A DNA stretch of 64,000 nt from an uncultured Bacillota bacterium (GTDB lineage: Bacteria > Bacillota > Dehalobacteriia > UBA7702): positions 16,188 to 80,187 of the forward strand of contig CAKUYE010000002.1 of the NCBI GenBank assembly GCA_934702375.1, read 5' to 3'. Of this stretch, positions 19,849-29,559 are shown in pieces (the first letter of the stretch is position 1; each line of letters begins with the position of its first letter). Below the pieces are notes generated by a model. The model was not told where the DNA came from. It did not search any database and saw only the letters and a list, made by a program, of their open reading frames with translations. A program made the translations under genes and the position numbers.

Positions 19849-22800
19849 ATGAAGTGTCAGCTGTTTTATGGCCGCAGAAATGCAGACCCCGCCGTGGCCT
19901 TGCAGAAAAGTTTATTGGAAACTCTGGACCGTGGCTCCGCCAAGGTCTATTTGATTTTGCCGGAGCAGGCCACTTTCCGCCGGGAAGTGGAGATTGCCGC
20001 AAACCGTGGCAATCACGATCTTTGGAATTTGGAAATCACCTCTTTTCGGCGGCTTGCCGATCGTTTTTTGCCCGGTGAGGTTCTGGATCCTTTGGGCCGT
20101 CGGTTATTGATCTACGATATTCTTTCCGTTGCCGGAGAGAGCATGAAGGCTTTAAAGCCCCAGCGGATTACCGTAGGCTTTGTGGATGATATCAGCGATG
20201 TGCTGAAGGAAGTCTCTATGAACGGCATCTCCACCGAGGCGCTTTTTGCCCTTGCCGCAGTTTTTGCCCAAAGGGATACCGCCGGAGATCTCGGCGATAA
20301 GCTTTACGATATTGCTTTGGTACAACAGGCCATGGAGGAACGGGGGCTTACCGATGAAAACGGCCGCCTTTTCGGCCTGGCGGAAGCCATCCGCAAGGAA
20401 AGGCTTTTTGCCGATACGTATTTCTTTTTTGATGAGTTTTTCGATTTTACCGCCGCCGAATATCAGGTCATTGCCGCTTTGGCCGAAGTCGGGGCAAATC
20501 TTTCCTTTGCCTTTCTTTCCGATCGCAGCGACGGTGTATTTGCCAAGACCAACGATGCCATTTCCCGAATCATTGCCATTGCCGGGGAAGCTTCTCTCTC
20601 TTTGGAGCTGACGCCGGTGGCCGGTACCGAAGAGGATACGGCTTTGGCCTTTTTGGAGCAGAACTATTTCTTACCTCAAAGCCCGCCGTTTTTTTGCGGC
20701 GCTGCCGCCGGGATTACCGTTGTTGCTGCGGAAAATAAACGGGCAGAGGTGCGCAGTGTTGCTCGGCAGATCTCGGATCTGCTGGCTCGGGGCCGCCGCC
20801 CCGGGGAGATCGGGGTATGCTTCCGCAATATCAGCGGCTATGAAAAATACATCGAAGATATCTTTGCCGCCTATGGCATTCGCTGCCATGTCGATGCGCC
20901 GACTTCTTTGTTGCAGCATCCGCTGTTCCGCTACGGTTTGGGGCTTTTTCGTCTTGCAGCGGAAAAATGGTCCTTCCCGGCATTGTTCTCCCTGTTGAAA
21001 AGCGGCCTTTTCCCCATAGACAGCGAAGCCTGCGATATTTTTGAAAATTACTGTCTGGCCCATGCCATTAAGGGGCGGCGCTTTTATCAGCCGGAGCCTT
21101 GGACCTATAAGGACGAACGGGAGGGAGAAGATCCCGAAGCGGTAAACCTTATCCGTCAGGGAATCCTTGAGGTGCTGCTGCCCTTTACCGAAGAAATTCA
21201 AAAGGAAGATACGCCCCAAAACTACGGCAGACTCCTTTGGCAGTTTCTGGAAGCCTGCGGCTGCGATAAGACCATTGATGCCTGGCGCCGCCGGGAGGAA
21301 GCCCGGGGGGCGATGACGAAAAGTGCCGAGCTGACTGCCGGGATTCAGGCATTTGCCGCCATGCTGGATCAGCTTTGCGCCGCCTTTCCTCAGCGCAGCT
21401 TTGGTCTGGCGGAATTTATGGAATTGTTGAAAATGGGAGCCGCCGCCATGACGGTGCGAACGATCCCTGCAGAGTTGGATACGGTGGAAATCTCCGTGAT
21501 CGGCGCCAGCCGCCCCGAACGCAAACCGGTGGTGTTTCTTTGCGGTGTCAACGAAGGGGTGCTTCCTGCCGGTGTCAGCGACGGCGGATTTTTGAATATT
21601 GCCGATCGCTCCCTCTTAAAAGAACAGGAAAACGGATGGGTACAGGATAAAACCTTCTTTTACGAAAGCGAGGATCTTCTGGTTTATCAGGCTCTCACCC
21701 AGGCCGAGGAGAGCCTGCGGATTTCCTATATTACCGGCGGCGAAGAGGAAAAGGTTTATCCTTCGCCCCTCATTGCCCGGCTGCAAAAGCTTTTTGGCGG
21801 TTTGCCGCTGTCCCACGTTGCCGACGATGTGACAGGGGAAGGGATCTTCGGCTCTTTGGAGGAGGTTCTTTATGCACTGCCTTTGTCCCTGCGGGAAAAG
21901 GAAGTATCCGGTTGGGAGGATGTGCAAAGCCTGCTTCTGACCGAGGAATCTACGGCCTCCCGCACGGAAACGCTGTTGACCTCTTTGGCATACGATGGCC
22001 GGAGCAAGCCCCTTTCGCCCTCGGTATTGGGCCATTATCCCGGAAAGAATCTTTCCCTCAGCGTCAGCTCTCTGGAGCTGTTCCGCCGCTGTCCCTTTTC
22101 CTATTTTGCCCGGTACGGCTTAAAACTCAAAGAGCGGAAGATCCTTCAATTTGCCGCCCCGGATTTGGGGAATATCTTTCACGAGACTCTGTGCGAATTG
22201 ATGGAAATGATGAAGGCCGGGAATGTTCCCTGGGCGGAGCTGCGGAGCTTTGCCACGGACAAGATCGACGGTATGGTGGCGGAAAAGCTCCAAACCCTTT
22301 CTGCCGGAAACCTTTTTCCCGAGGAGCACCTAAACTATATCCGTTTCATCCTCGGCGAGAATCTGCGATTCCTCATTGATATGATGGCGATTCAGGCGGA
22401 ATCCGGCGACCAATTCGTTCCTGCTCTGTGGGAAGTGCCCTTTGGCCGTCACGGCGGGATTCCGGGCTATGCTGTTTCCGTAGACGATGGTGCTCACCGC
22501 ATTGACCTCAATGGGGTGATCGACCGGGTGGATATCGCCGATAAGGATGGAAAACGGTATTTCCGCATCGTTGATTATAAAAGCTCCGGGAAGGAGCTTG
22601 GACTTGATGATATCTATTACGGCATTTCTCCTCAGCTCCCGGTCTATTCCATGGTTCTGGATCGAAAAAAGGATGTTCAGCCTGCCGGGATCTTTTATCA
22701 ATCCATGAAAGATGTGATGCTCCGGGAGGATCAAGCCCTCAGCGACGACCAGCTCCGGGCCAAGCTCAGTGAGGAAATGGCTTTAAAGGGATATATCATT

Positions 22801-23142
22801 GGCGACGGCATCAGCGAAAAGTGCTTTGCGCCGTCAAAAAAAACAGGGCAGATCTCCGTCAGTGAATACGACCTTGTGCGCCGCCATACGGAACGGCAGA
22901 TTGCCGCCGTGGGCAGGGAAATTTTTCACGGCTGTACCGAGATTCACCCCTATATACGCAACAATTACAGCAGTTGTTCCTTTTGCCCTTACAATCCGGT
23001 TTGCGGCTACGAGCCGGAGCTGATGGGCAAAGAGGAGGTGCTGCCTTCCCTCAAAGATACTGTGGTAAAGGGCCTGATGCTCCGGGAAGAGCAGCCGGAA
23101 ACCACCGATACGACCACCGACGGAAAGGAGGATGAACAGTGA
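19849..23142 (+). CDS. addB: ATP-dependent helicase/nuclease subunit B (AddB/RexB)
   Basis: 1097 aa. C-terminal nuclease with an Fe-S cysteine cluster (CSFCPYNPVCGYE). Translationally coupled to addA. Confidence 0.9.
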   Translation: MKCQLFYGRRNADPAVALQKSLLETLDRGSAKVYLILPEQATFRREVEIAANRGNHDLWNLEITSFRRLADRFLPGEVLDPLGRRLLIYDILSVAGESMKALKPQRITVGFVDDISDVLKEVSMNGISTEALFALAAVFAQRDTAGDLGDKLYDIALVQQAMEERGLTDENGRLFGLAEAIRKERLFADTYFFFDEFFDFTAAEYQVIAALAEVGANLSFAFLSDRSDGVFAKTNDAISRIIAIAGEASLSLELTPVAGTEEDTALAFLEQNYFLPQSPPFFCGAAAGITVVAAENKRAEVRSVARQISDLLARGRRPGEIGVCFRNISGYEKYIEDIFAAYGIRCHVDAPTSLLQHPLFRYGLGLFRLAAEKWSFPALFSLLKSGLFPIDSEACDIFENYCLAHAIKGRRFYQPEPWTYKDEREGEDPEAVNLIRQGILEVLLPFTEEIQKEDTPQNYGRLLWQFLEACGCDKTIDAWRRREEARGAMTKSAELTAGIQAFAAMLDQLCAAFPQRSFGLAEFMELLKMGAAAMTVRTIPAELDTVEISVIGASRPERKPVVFLCGVNEGVLPAGVSDGGFLNIADRSLLKEQENGWVQDKTFFYESEDLLVYQALTQAEESLRISYITGGEEEKVYPSPLIARLQKLFGGLPLSHVADDVTGEGIFGSLEEVLYALPLSLREKEVSGWEDVQSLLLTEESTASRTETLLTSLAYDGRSKPLSPSVLGHYPGKNLSLSVSSLELFRRCPFSYFARYGLKLKERKILQFAAPDLGNIFHETLCELMEMMKAGNVPWAELRSFATDKIDGMVAEKLQTLSAGNLFPEEHLNYIRFILGENLRFLIDMMAIQAESGDQFVPALWEVPFGRHGGIPGYAVSVDDGAHRIDLNGVIDRVDIADKDGKRYFRIVDYKSSGKELGLDDIYYGISPQLPVYSMVLDRKKDVQPAGIFYQSMKDVMLREDQALSDDQLRAKLSEEMALKGYIIGDGISEKCFAPSKKTGQISVSEYDLVRRHTERQIAAVGREIFHGCTEIHPYIRNNYSSCSFCPYNPVCGYEPELMGKEEVLPSLKDTVVKGLMLREEQPETTDTTTDGKEDEQ

Positions 23143-26100
23143 AATTCACGGAAAAACAACAGGAAGCCATTGATATTCGCGGCTGCAATGTTCTTGTTTC
23201 CGCCGCTGCCGGCAGCGGTAAGACCGGGGTTTTGACGGAACGCATCCTCTCCCGACTCCGGGATGGCGAAAGCATCGACGAGCTGTTGATGCTGACCTTT
23301 ACCCGAGCCGCCGCCGGAGAGATGAAAAACCGAATCCGGGAAAAGATTCGAGGGGAAGCCGATGGTGCCGGAGAAGAAAGCCGCAGCTTTTGGCAGCAAC
23401 AGCTGACGTTTCTCAGCGATGCACCGGTAACCACCATCCATTCCTTCTGTCTGCGGCTGCTGCGCCGCCACTATCACCTGATTCCCGGTCTGGACCCGAA
23501 ATTCCGCATTGGCGATGACCGCCGTATGGCGATTCTTCGGGAAGACCTTCTTTCCGCTTATCTCGAGGAGTGTTATACCGAAGCCGATGAGGAAAAACGC
23601 CGTCGCTTTTTTGACCTTCTTTCTCTTTACGGCTCTCGCCTCAGCGATGAGGGGTTGAAAAAAGAGATCCTTCATCTGATGGATTTCAGCTGCGCCCAGG
23701 GGGACCCCGAAGCCTGGCTGGATGAAAAGTACCGCCGCTTTTGTGATATCGACGGTTGGTACCGTGAAGTGATGGACGTTGCTCGGCAGGATATTGCCCT
23801 GCTGAAAGCGGAAACCCTCCATGATATTGAAACCATGAACGACCTGGCCGGTCCTCTTTCCGCCATCGAAACATTGAAAGGGGATCTGCTGGCCCTTTCC
23901 GAGCTGGAAACGGCGGAATGGGATGCCCTTTCCGGTGCCAAGCCCTTCGGTAAGAAAAAACCGAAGCGGAAGGAAGAGGATCCCGGGCAAAACGAATATA
24001 TCAAGCTGCGCCGGGATATCCGCAAAAAATATTTTGAGGATCGGGTCGCTGTTTATTTTCGCCGCCCTTTTTCCGACTATGCAAGGGAGATTTCTGCCGT
24101 TGCCGAAGCCATCGGTACTCTCACGGCAATGGTAAAGACGTTTTTTCAACGATACAGTGAAGAAAAGCTGAAAAAAGCAACCCTGGATTTCAGTGATTTG
24201 GAGCTGCTGACCTTACGACTGCTCAAGGAAAACCCCGGTTTGGTGCGGGAGTATCAAAGCTTTTTCAAGGAAGTCCTTGTCGATGAATATCAGGACATCA
24301 ACCCCTTGCAGGAACAGATTCTTTCCCTGTTGGCAGGGGAGGGGAGGCTGTTCGCCGTCGGTGATATCAAACAGAGCATCTATGGCTTTCGTCTGGCGGA
24401 TCATCGCCTGTTCCAAAACCGCATGGTCAGCTATGGTTTGGAAAAAGCCAATGAAAACGGCCGGCTGATCTACTTGAATCGAAACTTCCGCTCCCGGTGG
24501 GAAGTGCTGGACCTGACGAATCACGTCTTTTCCGCGTTGATGAATCCCGGTGTGTCCGGGCTTTCCTATGGTACCGAGGAGGCTCTGTACTGCGGTGCCG
24601 ATTATCGGGAGCAGCCCGGAGCCGAAGCGGAGCTGGTTGTACTGGATATCCCTAGGGAGGATCCCAAAGGTGAGTATGAAAACCTTGCCTGTCACGGTCG
24701 GTTTATCGCCAAAAAAATTGAGGAAATGATGGAAAAGGGCTTTCTCGTTCAGGAGCGGGACGGCACCCAACGGCCCTTGGCTTACGGCGATATCGCCGTG
24801 CTGATGCGCTCTGCCAATCAACAGGGGGAGGGCATCGGTACGGAGCTGGCGGCCCGGGGCATTCCGGTACAAACGCCTTCGACCACCGGCTTCCTTTCCG
24901 GCAGAGAAACCCGGCTGCTGCGCTCTTTTCTGGCGGTGCTGGATAACCCCTTGCAGGATATTCCTTTGGCGGCGGTGATGCGTTCCCCTCTCTTTGGCTT
25001 TGATGAGGATGCTCTGTTGCTGCTATCTCTGGATCGAAAGGGCAAAAAGCTCTGGGAGCAGATCCTCACCGTAGAGGAAGCGGACACCGAGGGACTGGAT
25101 AAAGAAAAGGTTATCGCCTTTCGGGAGGTCATTGGTGTTTGGCGGCAGCGGGCAAAGATTTATCCCGTTGGGGAACTGGTGGATATGATATTGAAGGAAT
25201 TCGACTACGCTGCCTTTTGGGGCGGTTTACCCAACGGTCGCAGGCGGATCAAATATCTGAACCATTTTGTCGAAGAAGCCTTTGGTTTTCAGCAGGAGGA
25301 AGTCGGCGGTCTCTTTGATTTTCTCCGTTATCTGGATCACCTTGCCGCCGGCGGCGGCGATGCTGTTGGCGAAGGGGAGGGCAGCGACGATTGCGTTCAG
25401 GTCATGAATATCCACCGCAGCAAAGGTCTGGAATTCCCCGTGGTCTTTTTGGTGCGTACCGAAAAACGGTTCAACCGTTCCGATCTTACCGCCACTCTGG
25501 TGGTGGATGATCTTTACGGCTTCGGCCCCCAGTGGAAGGACCGGAAACGGCGCATCGTCACCGATACCCTTCCTCGCATGCTGATCCGCAGCCGTAAGCT
25601 GAAGGACGACACCGCCGAGGAAATGCGCGTTCTCTATGTGGCTCTGACCCGCGCCAAGGAAAAGCTTATCATTACCGCAGCCAATTCTGCCACCACCAAG
25701 CTTTCGGTAGCCGAGCGTTTGGGGCAGTACGGCGATGCCGTCTATTATGATGATTGTCCTCAGCTGCCGGCAACGCTGCTGATGGCCGACAGCTCCTATG
25801 AAGGCTGGATTCTCCATGGATTGTCACCCCGCCGCTGTCCGGTGCCCTTTCAGGGCAACGTCCTTACGGAACCGAAGGTGGTGGATGCCTTGCCGCCGCT
25901 GCCCCCCTTCCGCCAGGAAAAGGTGGTGCGCAAACTCTCTCCGGCGGATCTGGAACGTCTCAAAGATACGCTGCACCGCAAGGAAGCTGCACCGCTGCCT
26001 TCAAAGGTCAGCGTGACTTCACTGCTGCCTCCCGCCGAAGAGGAGGATACCTCTGTAACCCTGCCTCGGCCCCGATTTTTGCAGGACAGCGATACCCTTA

Positions 26101-26636
26101 CCGCTGCAGAAAAAGGCACGGCATTTCATCTCTTTATGGAAAAGCTGTCTTTGGATCGGGAGTGGCAGGATCATGAGCTGGAAGCCTTTGCCGCAGAGCT
26201 GGTAACTCGGGGGGTATTGTCTCCGGCAGGCTGCCGCTCTCTGGATCTCGTTACGGTGCAGGCCTTTTTGCAAAGCCGCTACGGCCGTGAGCTGCAAACC
26301 GCCGGGGAGCTTCGCCGAGAGCTGTCCTTTGTCGGCGGTTTCCCTGCTTCCTCACTGTTTCCCGATGCCGCCGGAGATGACCGTACGGTGATCCTTCAGG
26401 GGGCGGTGGATCTGATCTACCGCCGGGATGACGGCACCTGGGTATTGGTGGATTATAAGACTAATGATATCCGCCACCGTGGTAAAGAAGCTTTTCTGGC
26501 AAAATACGGCCGCCAGATGGAGCTGTATCGGGAAGCCATGAAGCGGATCTACGATATCGACGTTGCCGAAAGCGTGTTCTTTATGACGAAGACTCGGGAA
26601 TTTATCAGTTATGAAAGAGAAGATCGCTCCATATAG
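23139..26636 (+). CDS. addA: ATP-dependent helicase/nuclease subunit A (AddA), UvrD-like
   Basis: GTG start with AAGGAGGA RBS. Walker A AAAGSGKTGVL. 1165 aa with a C-terminal PD-(D/E)xK nuclease. Confidence 0.92.
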   Translation: MKFTEKQQEAIDIRGCNVLVSAAAGSGKTGVLTERILSRLRDGESIDELLMLTFTRAAAGEMKNRIREKIRGEADGAGEESRSFWQQQLTFLSDAPVTTIHSFCLRLLRRHYHLIPGLDPKFRIGDDRRMAILREDLLSAYLEECYTEADEEKRRRFFDLLSLYGSRLSDEGLKKEILHLMDFSCAQGDPEAWLDEKYRRFCDIDGWYREVMDVARQDIALLKAETLHDIETMNDLAGPLSAIETLKGDLLALSELETAEWDALSGAKPFGKKKPKRKEEDPGQNEYIKLRRDIRKKYFEDRVAVYFRRPFSDYAREISAVAEAIGTLTAMVKTFFQRYSEEKLKKATLDFSDLELLTLRLLKENPGLVREYQSFFKEVLVDEYQDINPLQEQILSLLAGEGRLFAVGDIKQSIYGFRLADHRLFQNRMVSYGLEKANENGRLIYLNRNFRSRWEVLDLTNHVFSALMNPGVSGLSYGTEEALYCGADYREQPGAEAELVVLDIPREDPKGEYENLACHGRFIAKKIEEMMEKGFLVQERDGTQRPLAYGDIAVLMRSANQQGEGIGTELAARGIPVQTPSTTGFLSGRETRLLRSFLAVLDNPLQDIPLAAVMRSPLFGFDEDALLLLSLDRKGKKLWEQILTVEEADTEGLDKEKVIAFREVIGVWRQRAKIYPVGELVDMILKEFDYAAFWGGLPNGRRRIKYLNHFVEEAFGFQQEEVGGLFDFLRYLDHLAAGGGDAVGEGEGSDDCVQVMNIHRSKGLEFPVVFLVRTEKRFNRSDLTATLVVDDLYGFGPQWKDRKRRIVTDTLPRMLIRSRKLKDDTAEEMRVLYVALTRAKEKLIITAANSATTKLSVAERLGQYGDAVYYDDCPQLPATLLMADSSYEGWILHGLSPRRCPVPFQGNVLTEPKVVDALPPLPPFRQEKVVRKLSPADLERLKDTLHRKEAAPLPSKVSVTSLLPPAEEEDTSVTLPRPRFLQDSDTLTAAEKGTAFHLFMEKLSLDREWQDHELEAFAAELVTRGVLSPAGCRSLDLVTVQAFLQSRYGRELQTAGELRRELSFVGGFPASSLFPDAAGDDRTVILQGAVDLIYRRDDGTWVLVDYKTNDIRHRGKEAFLAKYGRQMELYREAMKRIYDIDVAESVFFMTKTREFISYEREDRSI

Positions 26637-26670
26637 TGATAGTGTACGGACTTCACAAAGGAGCGGTTTT

Positions 26671-26874
26671 ATGGGAAAGATACATCATTTTTGGAAAAGG
26701 TTTCTCGATTCGCAATGCGCCATGTTGTTCTGCCCCGGTCCCGGCTTTGTTCGGGTTATGGTCATGACCAGTATTTTATTGCTGCTTCTATACAGCTTGG
26801 TATTTCATAATTTTGTCATCATTTTCGTTGTGCTGCTGCAGGTGCTGGCGCTGATCGGTACTTTTTTCGGTTAA
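26671..26874 (+). CDS. Small hydrophobic protein (hypothetical)
   Basis: AAGGAG RBS before ATG 26671. 67 aa with one long hydrophobic stretch. No homology recognised. Confidence 0.3.
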   Translation: MGKIHHFWKRFLDSQCAMLFCPGPGFVRVMVMTSILLLLLYSLVFHNFVIIFVVLLQVLALIGTFFG

Positions 26875-26908
26875 TTTATAAAATCTCTGTTATGAGGAGG
26901 AAAATGCT

Positions 26909-27601
26909 ATGAGAATCAAATATTTAAGTCACAGTGCCTTTCTGATCGAAGGCAGTAAATCCCTGCTCTTTGACCCTTATCTTACCGGTAACCCTAAAGC
27001 CGTTGCCACTCCCTATGACCTGAAGCCGGATTTTATCCTTGTCAGCCACGGTCACGGCGACCACTTTGGTGATGCCCTTGATATTGCCCGGTACAACGAT
27101 GCCACTATCATTGCCCCCAATGAGCTTGCCCTTTACTGCACCCGCCGGGGTGTTGATGCCCACCCCATGCACATCGGCGGCAAGCATCGCTTTGGCGAAA
27201 GTCTCACCGTAAAGCTTACCCCTGCTCTCCACGGCAGCGCCATCATTGAAGAGGGCTTGAGCCAGTACCTTGGCATGCCCTGTGGTTTTCTGGTGGAGCT
27301 GGATGGCAAAACCATCTATTTTGCCGGAGATACGGCACTGACCTACGATATGAAGGCCGTGATCGGGGATCTGCACCATGTAGATGTTGCTCTGCTTCCC
27401 ATCGGCGATAACTATACCATGGGCCCTGAGGATGCCGCCGTTGCCGCCCGGTGGGTGGATCCGGATATCGTGATCCCGATGCATTATAATACATTTCCCT
27501 TAATAGAACAGGATCCCGAAGCCTTCCGCAAACAGGTGGAGGAAGAAACACCGGGAAGAAAGGTATTCGTTTTAAAACCCGGCGAAATTTTAGAGCTTTA
27601 A
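26909..27601 (+). CDS. Metallo-beta-lactamase-fold metal-dependent hydrolase (UPF0173 family)
   Basis: MRIKYLSHSAFLIEG...VSHGHGDHFGD metal-binding motif. 230 aa. Confidence 0.8.
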   Translation: MRIKYLSHSAFLIEGSKSLLFDPYLTGNPKAVATPYDLKPDFILVSHGHGDHFGDALDIARYNDATIIAPNELALYCTRRGVDAHPMHIGGKHRFGESLTVKLTPALHGSAIIEEGLSQYLGMPCGFLVELDGKTIYFAGDTALTYDMKAVIGDLHHVDVALLPIGDNYTMGPEDAAVAARWVDPDIVIPMHYNTFPLIEQDPEAFRKQVEEETPGRKVFVLKPGEILEL

Positions 27602-27710
27602 AATAGATTTAAAGGATTTCGAAAAAGCTTTTGTGGAAAACATTTCTCTGTCTTGTCAGTTTTCTTGTTTCGGATCGACCTTCTGAAAGCTGCGGCGGCC
27701 CTTTATTCTA

Positions 27711-27739
27711 TTGACTTACCGTTGTTTCTCTGCTAAAAT
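27711..27739 (+). promoter_or_regulatory. Putative sigmaA promoter of the cytoplasmic hydrogenase operon
   Basis: TTGACT at 27711-27716, 17-nt spacer, TAAAAT at 27734-27739, about 65 nt upstream of the first gene. Confidence 0.5.
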
Positions 27740-27805
27740 TATGCTTAGGAGAGTATATTAAAAACAGATACGAGGTGTCTGTTTTAAGGAAATGGGGGAA
27801 AATTT

Positions 27806-28303
27806 ATGCAAAATGTAAGCAGCGTACCGTCGGCGGATATGTCCCGGGTCGCAGCCATTGCCGCCCGGTATAAAAATGAACCGGATCAGCTGATGCGTAT
27901 CCTTTTTGATGTACAAGCGATTTGCGGTAACTGCCTGCCGCGTCAGGCTGTCGTTATGATCAGCAGTGTGACCGGTATTCCCGAAGCGGAAATCTATGGT
28001 TATATATCCTTTTACGCCATGTTTTCGGACAAACCCCGGGGCAAATACGTTGTGCGGATGTGCAAAAGCGCACCCTGTCACATTGTGGGTGCTGCCGAAG
28101 TTGCGGCGGCCATCAGCAGCTGCCTTGGAATCTCCGATGGAGAGACCACGGCCGACGGTATGTTTACTTTGGAATATTGTGAGTGTATCGGTCTTTGCGA
28201 TACGGCGCCGGCCATTATGGTCAACGATGCCGTATATACCAACTTAACACCTCAATCTGCCGTGAATCTCATGGATTCCTATAAAAAGGGAGGTGTGGAG
28301 TAA
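27806..28303 (+). CDS. NuoE-like [2Fe-2S] thioredoxin-fold subunit (HydC/HndA-type) of a multimeric [FeFe]-hydrogenase
   Basis: 165 aa. Cys ligands in RMCKSAPCHIVG...CECIGLCDTAP. Confidence 0.85.
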   Translation: MQNVSSVPSADMSRVAAIAARYKNEPDQLMRILFDVQAICGNCLPRQAVVMISSVTGIPEAEIYGYISFYAMFSDKPRGKYVVRMCKSAPCHIVGAAEVAAAISSCLGISDGETTADGMFTLEYCECIGLCDTAPAIMVNDAVYTNLTPQSAVNLMDSYKKGGVE

Positions 28304-29559
28304 TGCAGGAAACAAGGATCGTATTGCGCAACGTCGGGAAGTACAATCCCCGATCCTTAGCAGAATTTTGTGCTTTGGGCGGTTATACCGGCTTGAAAAA
28401 GGCTTTGACCATGTCGCCCCGGGCCATTGTGGATGCAATTAAGGAATCCGGTCTGCGCGGTCGGGGCGGTGCGGCTTTCTCCACCGGCATCAAATGGGAA
28501 ATGATTTCCGGCATCTCTGCAGATCAAAAATATGTTGTTTGCAATGCCGATGAAGGGGAACCCGCTACCAATAAAGACCGGGTGATTATGGCCGGAGACC
28601 CCCACAGCCTGGTGGAGGGCATGGTCATTGCCGGCTATGCCGTTGGGGCAAACAAAGGGTATATTTACCTGCGTTATGAATATCCCTACCTTTTCCCTGT
28701 GCTGGAGCAGGTCATTGCCGATGCCAAAGCTGCAGGCTTCCTTGGGGAGCATATTTGCGGCTCTGATTTCAGCTTTGAACTTACCGTTGTTTCCGGCGGC
28801 GGCGCTTATGTCTGCGGCGAAGAAACGGCTATGCTGGAATCCATTGAAGGCAAACGGGGGGAACCACGCTACAAACCGCCTTATCCCAGTGTTTTCGGGC
28901 TTTATGAAAAGCCTACGCTGATCAATAATGTCGAAACTCTTGTGAATGTCCCTGCCATCGTAAATAACGGTGCTCAGTGGTACGCTTCCTTCGGTCTTAA
29001 CGGTGCGGTGGGAACCAAAGTATTCACCCTTTCCGGGAATCTGGTTAACCGCTGCGTTTGCGAATATCCCAAAGGCACCAGCCTGCATACTTTGATCTAT
29101 GAAGTCGGCGGCGGCTGTCCCAACGGCAGAAAAGTTCTGGGGGTTCAGACCGGGGGTGCTTCCGGGAATATCATTAACAGCGATATGCTGGATATCCCCA
29201 TGAGCATCAAGGGCTGTGCCGAAAACGGTGCGACCTTTGGCGCCGGTGATATTATGGTTTTTGACGACAGCAACGATGTTTTGGATATCGTCGAAAATCT
29301 TATGGAATTCTTTACCCATGAAAGCTGCGGTAAGTGTACGCCCTGCCGTGAAGGGAATATGCGCCTTTTGCAGCTGGTTCGTAAAATTAAAAACGGCCGG
29401 GGTGAAATGAAGGATCTCGATACCCTTCAGGAACTCTCCGCCACGATGATGGATTGCTCCCTCTGCGGTTTGGGTCAGGCTTCGCCCTCGCCGGTGGTGT
29501 CCACCTTGAAAAATTTCCGCAGTGCCTATATCAATGCGATTGAAAGGGGGCAGAAATAA
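28303..29559 (+). CDS. NuoF-like NAD(H)-binding flavoprotein subunit (HydB/HndC-type)
   Basis: NADEGEPATNKDR FMN/NADH motif and C-terminal 4Fe-4S (ESCGKCTPCREG). 418 aa. Confidence 0.85.
   Translation: MQETRIVLRNVGKYNPRSLAEFCALGGYTGLKKALTMSPRAIVDAIKESGLRGRGGAAFSTGIKWEMISGISADQKYVVCNADEGEPATNKDRVIMAGDPHSLVEGMVIAGYAVGANKGYIYLRYEYPYLFPVLEQVIADAKAAGFLGEHICGSDFSFELTVVSGGGAYVCGEETAMLESIEGKRGEPRYKPPYPSVFGLYEKPTLINNVETLVNVPAIVNNGAQWYASFGLNGAVGTKVFTLSGNLVNRCVCEYPKGTSLHTLIYEVGGGCPNGRKVLGVQTGGASGNIINSDMLDIPMSIKGCAENGATFGAGDIMVFDDSNDVLDIVENLMEFFTHESCGKCTPCREGNMRLLQLVRKIKNGRGEMKDLDTLQELSATMMDCSLCGLGQASPSPVVSTLKNFRSAYINAIERGQK

Noticed and set aside
27630-27700. Rex operator upstream of the cytoplasmic hydrogenase operon
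   Set aside because: Only a partial match (TTGTGGAA-aaca-TTTCTC) to TTGTGAA-N4-TTCACAA. Too weak to call without a PWM score.
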